DNA from: Octopus vulgaris
Taxonomy: Eukaryota
NCBI GenBank assembly: GCA_951406725.2
Contig: OX597814.1
Location: 38,750,001-38,814,000, forward strand
Direction of reading: 5' to 3'
DNA length: 64,000 bases
Positions 25,640 through 40,474 of the stretch are shown here, one piece after another. The position numbers and the translations under genes are program-made. The notes beneath the pieces are model-generated. The model had not been told where the DNA came from. It did no database searches and saw only the letters and a program-made list of their open reading frames with translations. Position 1 is the stretch's first letter, and each line of letters opens with the position of its first letter.

Positions 25640-26905
25640 CGCCAATTGCATATTGTCTCTTTGAATTGCTTAAGGACGAGGGATACAATATGGAATAAGA
25701 GATTCAGTACGTCTACTGATATTTGCCACATTACAAGTGATTAGCTTTTCTACACGGGCCTAATTCAAATTTACGAATCCAAGTCAAAGGTCACCAAAGG
25801 CTTTTCGGATGTTGTTGGTTGTTATGATCGTCACATATCACTGCAGCACATTGAGTTGCTGTAGGTGTTTGTCTCACTTCAGTACAAAGATTCAATTTAT
25901 TTCACAAATTTGCTTTAAGCTGTATTTATCACATTTAGCACACACAGACCTGCATTTTAGATATTTGTCATTGTAATTTTCGTAATGTATCGTTGTTGTT
26001 ATAATAAAGCTAATCACCGTTAATATTAATAAGGATAAAGCGATTCGTTCATGTCATGGCAAGTGTCGGGGCAAGATGTGGTTTACGCTCAATATTATGT
26101 CGAACGTGCAATGGTAACATTGGAGAAAAAAAAATGTATAATATAATAAAGTCTTCCAAGCATTATTTTCAAGGGTGTATAATCATGATTTTTATAGAAA
26201 TATTGCCTGGAGCAAGCAACAACAGTAACAATTCCAGAATAAATAATGCTAATTTAGCAATAATTGTTAACTAGTTATTTGGCAACGGTATGAACGAAAT
26301 ATTATCCACCGCGCTCCACTGCGTACATTATCAACCTACCGCATATAGACATGGCCAGCGTTTTCTACCAGATATAGTATAGATCCACAGACAAGGGTGA
26401 ATTAGTAGGAGGCATTTCATTTTCTACTTGTGAGAACTTGAATATTATGCTGCTACCAGAAATCAAATTATTGTAGATGTTTGTGGCTCTTTGGTGCATA
26501 CATTGAATACAGTTCAAATTATTGCATCGAAGGCATTAAAATTTAATGTTCATTTGATATCGAACTGATTGTCTCTTTTAAGTGAAATGGACATGAGCAG
26601 TATTTTTTTAAATATTCTAAAAACTCTCCCAAATGAATATTCCGCACCTGCAAAACGGATTGTCGCACCCGCATCCACCTCACTATCCCTTTTCAAAATT
26701 AATATTGACCGAATTGGTTTTATATATTTTGCCAGTTTGTACTTTCTCGGCATTGAACTGCAACGAGGGCATCATTGAAGAAGACTCAGATTAAATTAGC
26801 TTGTGAATATATTTATTTCCATTGTTATGGTTTCTCAATTTTATCTTCCCCAAAATCACTGCAGCACATTGAGTTGCTGTAGACGTTATGCTAGCTGATA
26901 TCTAA
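25640..26905 (-). mobile_element. Helitron Rep-region remnants (two partial copies)
   Basis: Degenerate (P/S)TATQCAAVI occurs twice and resembles Helitron RYNxPTxxEVAAII. Downstream RATNIYNNLIS resembles IRADxYxGL. Confidence 0.45.
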
Positions 26906-27269
26906 TGATAATCTATTACGATATATGAATAACACTGAGGAACATTTTCGAAAGAAACATCTTAGTTATCTTGCTTTTTACGATTAGTCCTACGTAATTC
27001 GATGGTTCCAAGTTCAGAAACGCCCTTGGAAAATTTCTATCATGTCATGTATTTCTGTTGAACAAGAATACATTTTTTACATGTCAATGTTGTCATTACG
27101 TGCAATACTAAAATAAGTATCTAACACAAATCATAGCGTACATTTTTTTTTTAACAAAATGTTTAATTATACATCTTAGGGTAGATAGTTCTCTCAAAAT
27201 AGAGTGTCAGTTACTCAAGGAAGGAAATTTCATTTTGCTTCATTGCGTGAATAAATGCGTTGTGACTGT

Positions 27270-27600
27270 ATCTTTGCAGACACCAGCTGTAGCCAGCCAT
27301 CATATTTGTGATCCACCTGTATTTATACCTAATCTCTATGGGTTTGATGTCTTGGTAACTCATCCTCCTTGGTCATCACTCATAGTATCATGGCATTCAG
27401 GAAAGTAGTCCAGATGAATGTGCAGGAAATGTACTTCTACACTCATGTCGTAGTCCAGTACTCAAAATCTGGTTAACTATCTGCACAGTTGTTGATGATT
27501 TGATGACTTACTGTTACCCAAGAAATCAGACTCCACTTCAAAAAAAGTATTCCACGCTTCATTTTAACTCCAAATACAGCTTGTCCTGCAATAGCCGTGT
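27270..27600 (-). mobile_element. CMC (Chapaev3-like) DNA transposase remnant
   Basis: MSVEVHFLHIHLDYFPECHDTMSDDQG..YQDIKPIEIRYKYRWITNMMAGYSWCLQR matches the HFLHSHLDxFP...EQGERFHQDI...RYQGRW...MADYCW motif. Confidence 0.75.
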
Positions 27601-30600
27601 AATCTATGGCGCGTGAAACACATCAATTTTAATTTTCTCAAAAGACAAGACTATGAAAGTTTTGCTCAGTTATTTAAATCAGTCCCTTTCTTAGTATTTC
27701 AACTCATGTTTTACACGCCATTTGAGATGTGTCAGCTTTGTCTCATTCACACATTTTCATATCAATATAATGTAAGGTTTCTTCACAAAAAACTGTGATG
27801 TTGTTACGCCGTTTAGGTAAAGTGTAATATCCAAAAATATAGCAGAAGTCACCCGGACTATATTTACATTATTTTCTCACGTAATTCTGAAAAACAAGGA
27901 GAAATGTAGTTGTCACGTGGGGAAACTATTATGAGAATTGCCGACAGGTGTAAAGTAAGCAAATGTAGATATGTGACATAACACGTAACAAGAGTGTTCT
28001 AACCATACTTGACAAAAAGTGATCTCGACCATGTGATCTCATAATTAAAAAAATAAGTGTTCATTCAAAATACCAATTTTCATAACAAATATTTAAATTT
28101 CTATAAAGGAGGCCTCACCTGGTTAGAAAGGGTATTTACACTAAATCGAATAGTGTAGGAATATCTGCACAAAAATACAGAAAGTCTTACAAATATGAAA
28201 CATGTATGATGTCATTGACCACAGAAATTTGTTAACATTTGTTAACATCGAATAGTATAAAGAGCATTCACGTCATCATCATGTAATTTTAAAATGATTA
28301 ATTTGAAAATAGTAGCAGCAGCTCAAGTTTGATGCATTATTATTTATAGCAGATATTTAGATCAAATTTTTATTTTCCCTTTTGCAGGTGCACTTACTTT
28401 AAATGATATTGATAAAAACTTATTATCAAAGATATTTCAACGTCCATACATGGATTTGCATTTCATGAAGCAAAATCTAGTCTTAGAAATGGTGACACTA
28501 CCGGAAATTTTGAAAGAGAGACATTTGGGGTCGTGAAACATTTTAATGTGACAGAGCAAAATGGCTTTAATTTTCAAAATAAGCACCCGCTAAATTACAT
28601 GTAACATATCCTCAACACCAGGCAGCAAAAACCATATTCCCCAGTGTAATAACAAATTGCTAAGCAACACGATTGTGGCTTGAACTGAGAACGATAATGC
28701 ATCAGAATGTTTTCATTTTTGAAGTGTATTGACGGAACCACTCGTTATATAGTAAATTATTAAAAAATCCAGTGAAATTTCAGGAATGTTTGTAGAAAAC
28801 TCTTCCATCGCTAGAAGGCAAGCATTTCAATAATTTAATTTTAAAAGATTTGTTTATTTTATTTTGTTTTCAACGTGATTTAAGGATCCAACCCTCTTAT
28901 CAACCTTTCTTGTTTGTTCATTGAAAAGCATTAGTAATTAAAGTCAGTATCAAAATACAAGTCAGATTTTGTAATCAAACAATTATCGGCTAGCTAACCT
29001 GGAAAGAGCTCAAATAATACACAATAATATTATACTTAACACATTCTAAAAGTAAGCCGCGAAAAAAATTTTTTTAATATATACACATAACCAAATAAAT
29101 ATAATAAAAAAGTATTTATATTTTACGTTTTTGTTCAATAATGAAAATAAGCTTACAAATCATCATTGAAAACGGAGAAAAAAGGAATTTATTGAGATGA
29201 GTCTCTGCTATTATTTTCATTTTCTATTATTTCTATTTTGCTTCTCTCAATACACTGTAAATATTTATAAGAACAAATATTTACAGAGTTAAATATCTTT
29301 CTGCCTGAATCCATAAGCACAAAGGAATAATGAAACAATAAGGTAAAACTGTATACACCAATTTGATACGAGATATGGATTGGAAAATTATGTTTTTGTA
29401 GATAAGTCATGGTGTTAATGTAAACATTTTCTTTTTTAAAGAAGAGCGACACTTGACATCATGACTGGAAACGCAAAAGAGTGTGAAAACAGAACAAACT
29501 GTGATTATGAATATCCATCACTGTCATAAGAAAAATATAAAAAACGCTGCCTTCTCAACCTCTCACTAATTGACTGACTGTTAGATTCTTTAGTCAATTG
29601 TAGATTATACTTATCAAACACGGCCATTTCTAGAAATATAGAACCTATTCGAAAAAGATAAGTGAATATTTAATACATATGTATTCTGTGAGGACTACAA
29701 GGAAATATCGAAATACCGAAACCTGTGAATTTACAAGCGTATTGAAGATATATGTTTCTGCTAATTGAATATCAGCAGATAAAAAATAAGATTATATGTA
29801 TCTAAGGTATGTTTCTAGGTGCTGACAAACGCCGTCATACTTCTAGCATTTAAGTAGCTTATATTTGAGATAAAAACATTTGAGTAAATACAGTTCTTTT
29901 TTAAGTAAAACCAACAACAAATATTTTATTGAAACCATTATAACTTGTGAAATTAATATTGCTTTCGATTATTCTTAAAACTACTCCATGGGCTATTGAG
30001 TAATATGCACTATTTCACATTGCTGACACGTGTTTCGTTCAGTGCCTATTTTGATATCATATTACCATAGTATGGGTATAAATGCCAATGCTTCTCCTTT
30101 TCTTTTATCTACAATCTATAAATATCTTTTGGACAGTATTCAAGGCCACTGTAAGATATTGTTAATTTCTTTAGTGACTCCTAGTCATTACTGCGGAAAG
30201 TACGAGGTGTTCAGTGTATTTCAGTTGATATAATGGAACCGAAATCTCACCCACGTTTTCTACTCTAGTTTGTGATATAAAATATTGTATATCAGCCGTT
30301 GACTAAAGTCTTCTCTTCATGCCTCAAGTATCCTTTGATTCGTAGTGTTTCACTTAATGTAGAGATAACAATTTTCTTTTAGAGGAAGGCATCACTGTGT
30401 TATGTATTCAAGAAAGACTACAATTATTCCGCGTCAGCGAACGTAAAGTGACGTTCATCAACTTAGAGCACCCCTATTCTTACTTTTTCAAGTATCAGAT
30501 TGAATATACTGCCCTGCAGAGGTTCAAATATGGCATGGTATGTCCATAGTAGTCACACATTCATTGAAAATGATTAACATAGAATCCATCGATTAATAGT

Positions 30601-33600
30601 GTTTTCAGCTTAACACGTAAGTGCTTTATTTACCGTTCGTTTTTTTCAATTTTCCCCGCATCATAAATGTTAACTCTAACTTGATAAATATTTTATAGTT
30701 CTCATATTTTAAGCATAGTGATTTACTGTTCTGATATAAAAGGCAAGGAAAAACAAATAAAAGCATCCGATTCACTGGATAATTTTATTATATTTGCTTT
30801 TAACTTTCATTTCGTATTTTGCACGACAAAGCACTGCTTAACCTCCAGTAACACTGATTTACCGTTCTATTTTAGTAATTTGTCTGTAATGTGCTAAATA
30901 CAAAATATTAGGTGCGTAAACGAATATCAAAATCCATTTATTGCGTATAGATAGGAAAGCTGCGTTTGAAGAGAACGGATCTTTGTAATAAACATTAAAT
31001 TCCTCATTTATTGATATCAAGAGGAGCAAAAACGAACTGAACAAATTATCTATAAAGCTGTGGGTACAGAACACATTGAGAAATCAATACAAAGCAAGTG
31101 AATTTAGTTAGCCATCCACACATTTCTTCTAGACATGTACGAATGAAAATGGGTGTTGCTGATTTTGTTTTAGACTTAACCTGATGTAAATTTATAATTT
31201 TTATGTAGTATGATGAATATTTATGTAAGTTTAGAGCACCATATCAGACACGCAACAATAATTTGAGAACCGATTCCATTTCAAAATCGTTGTCTTATTT
31301 CTGTTTCAAAGACACCCAAATTGATAATTTTGTTTCTGTTTGGGGTTACAGTTGTTAAAGCAATAGTCTTTGAATTACTTTTCCTCGATGGTGGATTTTG
31401 TCATGAATGCAAAACAAAACCTTTCAAATAGCGGGTTTCTGGCTGAGTGTATACGCACATGATATATTCGCGCATATATGTATGTACACGTATGAACAAA
31501 TGTTATATTGTCTGATGTCTGTTGCTACAAGATAGTTTTATATCTTGAAATTACGGTAAAGATTTACCAGAATATGAAGATACGTCATATGACATGCTTC
31601 GGCCGTCTTTACTTGCATTAAGTTCAGCATTCATAATAAATGCTTATATACTGATAGTTTAAAATGAAATATCGGACCAGTAGAGTGGGTATTGATAGTA
31701 GAAATAGTCGTACTCCAAATGGTATGGGTTCTTGACCAACATCATAATGCTGAGCTTGTTCATACATGAGCAAATATATATATGTATTGTAAGGCTCTAT
31801 AAGTTACTATTGAAATCCACACTAATAAAAAAAATTCGATAATTTATCACGTAATTCAGTGATTCTCAGGCATATTTTGCCATTGGGCACCTTTGATCTT
31901 TACTATACTCTCCTAAACCTCCATAGAAAACTTCCGTTGTGTTCTTATAATTAAATATTATGAATAATTATGTTTTAAAAAATGTTGAAATGTATTATGT
32001 ATTTTAGAAGTAGTTGCGTTAACTGATAAGGATAGCATTAAAAGGAGTGGAGAAAATCATAACTGACTAATATATTCTACTTTAGATCTCGCTGTTTCGC
32101 TCTATGCAAATCTTTCAATACAGTAAAGAGAACAACTAGCCATATTAGGAATGATAAGGCCACATGCGAAATACTTAGCGATAAAACAAAAAAAGATGAA
32201 AATTTATATGTATTAATTGAAACAACTGCTACCGGGCTGTGAGTGTAAACCATGCTGTACCTACAAGTTTGGTAACGAATCTAGCGGCATATTACCTATC
32301 ACTGGTTTTACAAATTCAGTATTATTCACTTGTGACTAGCTGAAAATAAAATAAAATAGTATTAAGAGAATAATATCAGGGAAATGCTATACTTTTCACC
32401 GGTTTGAAATCGTCGTTACTAGAGAGAAATTGCATTACCATTTTAACTGGTATCTCGGGATTTTTAAATATATATATCTTATTCCACAGTTATTGAGCTC
32501 CTTTACAATAACTGCTACATTGAAATTTCAAAACTATATTAGATTTTGTCTGCTGTAATCTTCCGATTAAGAAAAGTTATTCTTGTATTTCACTTCACTT
32601 GTTAGACGATTCTTTTCTAAAGAGTTCTAATAAGGAGAAATATAGCCAATGCAAAAACGACAACTTTCAGTTTTGCTTCACTGCGACTTTTCTTTCCGAT
32701 GATGGTGTTGTACAACTTGCATCGATACAAATATTACAATAATATGTAATTATGACAAAAGCCGTATAAATCCAGACGCTGTTTCAGTATGAACAATGGT
32801 CTTAGCTTGTATTCTGTGTAAACATTGTGCAGAAGATGTCAATATATGCGTAAGAGCATTAACTAAAGATTATAAATTCCATAAGTAAATGTTGGACTAC
32901 AGTTAATAATAATTCCCGACTGAACAATAACCGATTAGCAAGCGTATTAGCAATTATTATATTCTAACATAGAATCAGCAAATATACCAGAAAAGTATAA
33001 TTATTATGTAGATAATTATGAGAAAAGCGCCGATGATTAATTCTAGAGTTCTATAAATATATTTTGATTCACATAATATGTAATACATTAAAACAAACCT
33101 AGCGTAAATCAGGTTCCTTATTTGATTTCCTGGAGGAAATGCGCTCGAGTGTCTAAAGAGTTGAGGGCAGCAGATATATGGAAACAAAACAAATGAATAC
33201 CATAATCTAGTATTCTCTCCAGAACTTAGTAGTGGAAACACGCTGTGACGAACTTTCTTTATATGTGGCATGCCTAATGATATTTGAGCTTTTCTCGACT
33301 GACATGTTGTTGATATACATAACCAACGTCACAAAACATCCTATCTATATACGTGTGTACACAGGCACACGTGCCTAAACACACACTCACTCTCTTTCTC
33401 ACGCCTTCTCTCTTACACACACAAATACACACTTATATATTTAGATATAAAACTAAGTAGTTGCCTAGCCATATAGAAAGGTAGGTATTGTGAAAATTCT
33501 TGGGAGAGCTGCAGGCCTTCAGACTGGAATTCCCTCTGCAAGCGTTTCAATCTTGACTACCTATACGCTGATGGGGCCAGACCGAACTAACTTTCTAATT

Positions 33601-34381
33601 TCTGGATGACCCTCAAATAACTTCTGTGCTATTGTCTGCTTAGCAGCACATAAGACTAATTAAGGTACCAAAAATTCAAGGTACCCTTGGTTTTGTACAA
33701 CATACCATTTGTTTGTTCGATAAATTATGCCTTTAAAATTGACATCTATTCTCACTTAGCTAAATCTTGTCCGTTGCTTTCGACATTTTGCCATGAAATC
33801 TATATAAAACCTATGCAATATAAATTATATTTCATGTAGAAATTTTATGACTGTGCTCGTATATGCATTGATGTATTTATACTTGTATAGATGAATCCAT
33901 ATACATATACGTGATTACATGTATATATAAAATTGAAATAGCAAAAGAGGAGGAATAGAACTCGTTACATGAGTGTGTGTACAACTAGAAAATATCAAAC
34001 ACTAACACATGCATATGTTGTGATATAGGCACACACGTGCGCACACACACACACACACAAATGTATACTTACATAAATGTAAATGTTATATAGATAAAAA
34101 TATACATTCGCCATGTTGGACCATTGAAATCAACATGTTATTTTTTCATTCTCTATTTGTCTTCTCGTGCAAAAGTGTAGTAAGTCCAAAACGTTGCTTT
34201 TTTAAGAAAACGAAAAATATAGCAAAACCATTCTACTACACTTTGAGACTTTTTTGATATCTGAAGCAGCTCGAGATACGATATTTTGACAAAATGAGCC
34301 GGCAATTGCCAACAAAAATAAATATTGAAAATACTCTCACTTGGCCAGATTTAGACATACGACAGTTTCACATAATAGAAA

Positions 34382-34433
<52 letters not shown>

Positions 34434-35399
34434 GCGTGTGTGTGTATACATATAGATAGATAGATAGGTAGAGAGATAGATATGTGTATATACATATGTA
34501 TATATGTACAGACAGACTCACACATACACAAATATATATACAAATATACATATATATTTTTTATGTATATATATGTTTAGATATTGTGTATATTCGCATA
34601 ATAGTTCACGTAATTAAGAAACAAACCAGAAGAACAATGAGTTACCTCTCCATATGTCTCTAACCTCCTCCTGACTATCACCGTGTCTTATATAAGTATA
34701 TATATATATAAATATATATATATTTATATACGTGTGAGAGAGGATGCACGTGTGTGTTATAACTCCGAATTTTTGTGTGCATACATTTGTGTTATATGTC
34801 TGCCTTTGTGGGTCTGCCTATGTCAAAGTGTGCGAGTTTGAGTGTGATAGTTTGCGTGTTTGTGTCTACGAGTACGTGTGTGTGTCGGTGTGAATTCAAT
34901 TTCGTTGATTAGCCTTGATAAGAATTGTTCTAATCACTTGGTTATCGAAAGAAATATATTGTTTTTCTCACACTTCACCGCCTCTTTAAGCTCTTCTTTT
35001 GTAAATGCATAAATCTATCTTGGCTCTGCTTGTATCGAGATACTAATTACTTGATATCACTATCGTTTTGTCTAATTAACTATAATTCACTCCCTTAGTC
35101 TCACGGTATTTAAAGACCTCTAGAACAAAATTGATACGATATATGTGCCAAATCATATTAGTTTTCTTATTTATCAATTTCTTCATAAATTATTTACGTA
35201 TAAATAATACATAATAATCGTAGAATATATTCTCAAGAAAGAAGTATCCTATATGACACACTTCTTTATTTAATGTTCTCTAAATTTCAACCGAATTCTG
35301 GTTAATATCAATCGAGCACTTCACATATAAACACCTAACGGCAGTAGAGATCTTCGTATGAATGAGACTATTTAATACAATTATTATAGAAAGAGTGGT

Positions 35400-35590
35400 T
35401 TCAGCTTTTGCACAAGGCCAGCAATTGCGGAAAAGGAGGCAATTCGATTACATCGACCTTCAAATTGTGCTCAAATTGTATCTAGAACCCGAAATATTAA
35501 AATGCAACGCCTAACTCCTCGGGATTTGAACGAAACACCGCTAACCTTTTTGCCTCCGGTGCAAACGATTTTGCCATTCCCCCACTTTAA
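35400..35590 (-). mobile_element. SINE family A, highly diverged
   Basis: GCACAAGGCCAGCAATT...CGATTTACATCGACC...GGATTTGAAC. Confidence 0.55.
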
Positions 35591-35815
35591 TTAACATGGT
35601 AATAATATACACATGTGTGTATGTGTTTTATGAAAATTGAAGATTGGCTCCTTTTATAGTATCATTATTTCAATGTTGAGATTTGTTTCAACAGGCCGTT
35701 GGGGAATATTCACGCAAACATTGCTTGCACGGAATATATTTTCCTTTTCCAGTTTTCAAATAACTGCAATTCATGTGACTTCTTTTCCAATTATATATAT
35801 ATATATATATAAACT

Positions 35816-35839
35816 TTGATCTTAGCCAAAACGCCGAGA
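35816..35839 (-). pseudogene. U2: U2 snRNA 5'-end fragment
   Basis: TCTCGGCGTTTTGGCTAAGATCAA versus U2 TCTCGGCCTTTTGGCTAAGATCAA (23/24 identical), followed by (TA)n. Confidence 0.75.
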
Positions 35840-37870
35840 TATTGAAATACATGGCCTTCTAGCCAGTAGGATTAATGACATTCGCTGTTTTCTTAAAATG
35901 TTTTGTAGGATTGCAAGTTTAGTTACCAACTCTCCAAACAAAGAAATGTTATGTGCAATACGGTTCCATTCATTAGGTCCATGTTTATCAGACTTCTCAC
36001 ATCACAGATACATGCACGTTCTCAAACGTATGTAATTAAATATTACATGTGTTTGTGTCTGCGTGTGCCTTGTGAGTTTCAAATTAGAGTATTGGGAAAA
36101 TATCTACATGTTGAATTTTTTGTATTTTTCTGTTTTTCCTTCTCTTTTTCTTTTCTGTCGGTTGTGGTGGGTCATTACGGTCTATATTACTACAAACTTT
36201 TCAGTGGGGAAGCTGCTACAATGTAAAATGTTGTCTCCGAATCTGAATTTTAATCATCCACAGGGCAAAACAAAACATTTAAAAGTCAGATGTTTGTGTG
36301 AGAGATCCTTTTGTGTTCATCGTTTTTTTTCTTATCTCAGCAATTACAGCATAAATCATTTCCCATTGAGTGTGCTTGAAGAAAGATTATATTGTCTGTT
36401 TTCTGCATTACATTTTTAAATATATTTTTAAATATAAGTTGTATACATAAGAGATTCCGAGACGCTTTTCCTTTGAAGATTGATAATCTTTTTTAACTTT
36501 ATTTCAAATGGATCGAATCTAGAAAATATTGGATTCCATTTTCTTACCAGTTTCAATACCATATAACAAATAAACTTTCAACTGGAAATTTCAGTTGTAT
36601 TCAAAGGATAATACCTTTGTGAGTGAAGAATGCTAGGTGATTAGAGTCTACCGAATGTAACCACATATGTTTGACATTATTGGTATGATAATGTTTTTTT
36701 TTCTCTTAAAGAGCGTAGTGATCCCTGTTTGCAAAGGGGAAAATTTGCTTCCTTTTGCCGGTAAGTGGGTGGAAATTGTTCTGGGGTAAATTATACATAT
36801 TTCACCCAAGTGTAAGTGTTCATTAAAAGAAATTAAGATGGTATTAACTGGGAATCGAAACGGTCTGTCTTTACTTTTCTTGGAAACAAACCAGAAAATA
36901 ACGTTAACTGGAAAAGTTGAAGAGAACATCATAAATCAGTATAGTTGTTTATTGTTCACAATAGATGTCTCAGAGTTTAATTAAGAACTGTCAAATATAT
37001 CATAAGAGTAATTGGCATATAGGAGAAATGTGAGTAGAAATTTTGAATAGTGTACTTGAATGCGCTGGGGTTAAAAATGAATTAAATAACAAATACTATC
37101 ATAAATACTGATTTCCCGTATCCTTTGCACTGTTAGAGACATTTATGGCCTTTATCTTTGGACACAGTAATGAAAGATATTCAGCAAACAAATGCTGAAA
37201 ACTGAAAAGAAAACACGGAAAGTTTCGATTTTCCTTGAATAAAAGTTTTGGATACAAGCAAGAATATACACATGTTAAAAGAAAAAAAGCTATAACAAGA
37301 ACATAACACGGTTCATTTTTCGAAGACAAAACAGCGTGCTTGATCTGTTAGTCTAACGTAATCCACATAGCATATGTGTTGATGCTTAAGTTACAGGTTA
37401 CTCAGGAAGTCAATCCAGGTTGAAATGACACGTACACACAACCTCCGATTCATTTGAAACTACGTTTTCAAAGCGTCAAATGAACACCATAAAAACTAAT
37501 CGACGAGTTAGTTATCTAAGTACGTTATCAAATATAATGAAGTAAAAGAACCCATTGAGAACCCACGATGACTTTGTACTCAAACAATATGCTTTGAGGA
37601 CAAAATAGTAACAATGAAATAGAAATTTAGTTTCAAATTTTACTAATAACACTTTTCTTTTCGGAAATAGGGCAAACTTTACACACCTATATACAGAAAG
37701 TGTTGTCTTCGATGAGAATATTTGCAAAGATTATATTTGTACATACATGCCAGATTACGATTAGTTAAATAAATGCTGAAAATATGGTCTTTTTACCAAA
37801 CGGTTTCAAAATTTATTATATCATGCATCATCACGATGCCGAAAACTGTTAAAGTATAAATCAGATATAA

Positions 37871-37955
37871 GGCGGCGAGCTGGCAGAAACGTTAGCACGC
37901 CGGGCGAAATGCTTAGCGGTATTTCGTCTGTCTTTACGTTCTGAGTTCAAATTCC
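37871..37955 (+). mobile_element. SINE family A head (well conserved, 3'-truncated)
   Basis: GGCGGCGAGCTGGCAGAAACGTTAGCACGCCGGGCGAAATGCTTAGCGG...GAGTTCAAATTCC. Confidence 0.9.
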
Positions 37956-38887
37956 CCAATGATTTGTGATGCTTTATGACTACATTCCCGTCATGCAGAA
38001 GGACCCTGGATGCTGATTCATTGTCCACGCACACCAGGTTCAGCATTTGCTAAGGTCTCCTCGTGTCAGTGTTCACAGATGTTGGTCTCCCATTACATTG
38101 TAGGTCTGCATTCATAAATTATGCACTCTTTAAACATTCCATCTGTCTATTCTGTTCGTAAGCGATTTATAGCTTTGAGGACGCTGGGCAACAGCAACTC
38201 TACTTCTTTTAGAATTCAACGACTGCGAATTGCTTCCTCTTGGAGCACATTATTTGCTATATGATTTAAATGCAGATGTATAGAAAATGATACTAAAGAT
38301 ACATAGTCACTCTTGCAACGTGTGACACATGGATGGCATATGGGAAATAATAATAAAAATAATATTATGAGCACTTGTAAGTTATTTTGTGTACAACCTT
38401 TATAAAAACATATATAATGTGTCTGTTTTTCCAAAGTATGTATATATGTATTTATATATGTGCATATGTGTGTATATATATATATATATATATGTTTGTG
38501 TATGTGTGTACGTATTTGATTTGTGAGGTATATATGTATTTGTGAGCAGAATTTAATTCGTTGGACATGTGAACAGTTGAACATATGTTCAGTTGCACAT
38601 ATATACATTTTTTTACAAGTGTTGAGAGAAAACATAAAACAACGTACACTGACTACACTTTGTGCACACGATTCATCAAGAAAATGCATCCAACAACTTG
38701 GCTTCTGTTGCTCTCACACTTCTTATACATAAAGAAAACACACACACACAAATACGTGTATGTATGTATATATATATATTGCCCTACTCGCTTAGCCAGC
38801 GAGGTGGTATCATTTGAAGGCTAAAACAATGCGAAGCGCATTGTGACCAGCGATGTGTAGTAACATCTGATCGCCTGGTCGGTCACG

Positions 38888-38929
<42 letters not shown>

Positions 38930-38979
38930 TGTATGTAGGATGCTTGCATGTATTTAAACTTAATAACATACCATGATAA

Positions 38980-39176
38980 TCTTTTCTACTCTAGGCACAA
39001 GGCCCGAAATTTTGGGGGAGGGGTCCATCGAATAGATCGATCTCAGTACGCAACTGGTATTTGATTTATCGTCTACGAAAGGATGAAAAGCAGAATTTGA
39101 ACTCAGACCGTAAAGACAGACGAAATATCGCTAAGGATTTCGCTCGAATGTAACGTTTCTTCCTGTTTGACGCCTT
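38980..39176 (-). mobile_element. SINE family A
   Basis: CTACTCTAGGCACAAGGCCCGAAATTTTGGGG...GAATTTGAACTCAGA. Confidence 0.85.
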
Positions 39177-40474
39177 ATATTACTGAAACGAATATTGTTT
39201 TAATGTTCGGTCAAACATATCCCGTAAATTTAAGATGATAATTTCAGCTTTTATTTGTATATCCCCCAAATATAGTTGTTTAAATCATACAAACACACAT
39301 AAATACACGCACACATACACACACATACACACACTCACACATGCACAACGCATACATATGCGCTCACAGGCATAAGATCCTGTACGAAATTCTGAGTCAT
39401 TACAAAGATATATTGCTAAGTTACCTACGTAAATAATCTAACAAAAAATATTCAAATAGAGAGTAGACAGATGATATAGGCCTAATTAGGATAGCAAGAG
39501 ACAGATTTGAAGACGCTAATTTGGGAAAGTATATTTACAGAATAATGTGATTATGAATGGATTGCATGTTTGTCTATCAACCACGGCATTGGGATTGCAG
39601 TCTTGAAAATAAATAGGTGTTAATACCTTTAATATAGTAACTTTAATAGGTGGTATATACATGTATACAAGGATTCACAGACGTATGCGCAAAGATGAAC
39701 ATGTACACTCTTAATCAAAGGTACTCTCCTAGACACGCTCATATATGTGCGAAGACGTACACTCAAGAAGATATACATATACATATATACATATGCACAC
39801 ATTGTTATGTGCATGTTTTCGGGAGTCATTTTGTTTGTGTACGTACGTACGTATATATGTCTCTGCTCGTGAGTGTGTGTTTATGTTTTTTGCAATTGAG
39901 GGTGTGTGTGCGTATGTGTGTATGTATGTGTGCGTTTGTGTATTTGTGTGTTCCATTTGAGATTTGGCGAGAGTAACATACACATAATTTGCATTAATTT
40001 ATCTGTAAGACCTCATCTGTAACTTGTTGTAATGAGGGGCAGCACTGGTGTTGTATCTCTTGCTGTCTATTCTTTTTCATCTCCGATTCTCTGTTAAGCT
40101 GCCGATAGTTTGGAAAACCTAGCTTTTTATAGTTTTGGTGGTTATACGTATAGTTTACTTGGGTATTCTGTACAAGTGGCACATATCTGTAACATCAACA
40201 ATTTAGATAAATATTTACTTACATATAAGAGACCAAGATGTACGTAGACCGCTATATTTTTATATATAAAAATATAAAACTTGGACAAGAACGCAAAACA
40301 TCCAGACGTCGAAATTCAATTAGTTCCTATCAACTATTACAAAGTCCTCAGAAAGCCTTCTTAATACTATTCCCGAACATTTGAATACATCCATTTATAA
40401 TGTACAACTTCGTTTCTCAGTTTGTATACACACACACAAACACATACATATATATATTTTTTCTCTCTTCTTTC

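Noticed and set aside
26550-26753. ORF with GATIRFAGAEYSFGRV resembling an SRCR domain start
   Set aside because: The SRCR cysteine and WGTVC motifs are absent, and the surrounding frames fit a decayed Helitron better.
37871-37955. Functional tRNA gene
   Set aside because: It is the multi-copy SINE head; no canonical cloverleaf or terminator is evident.
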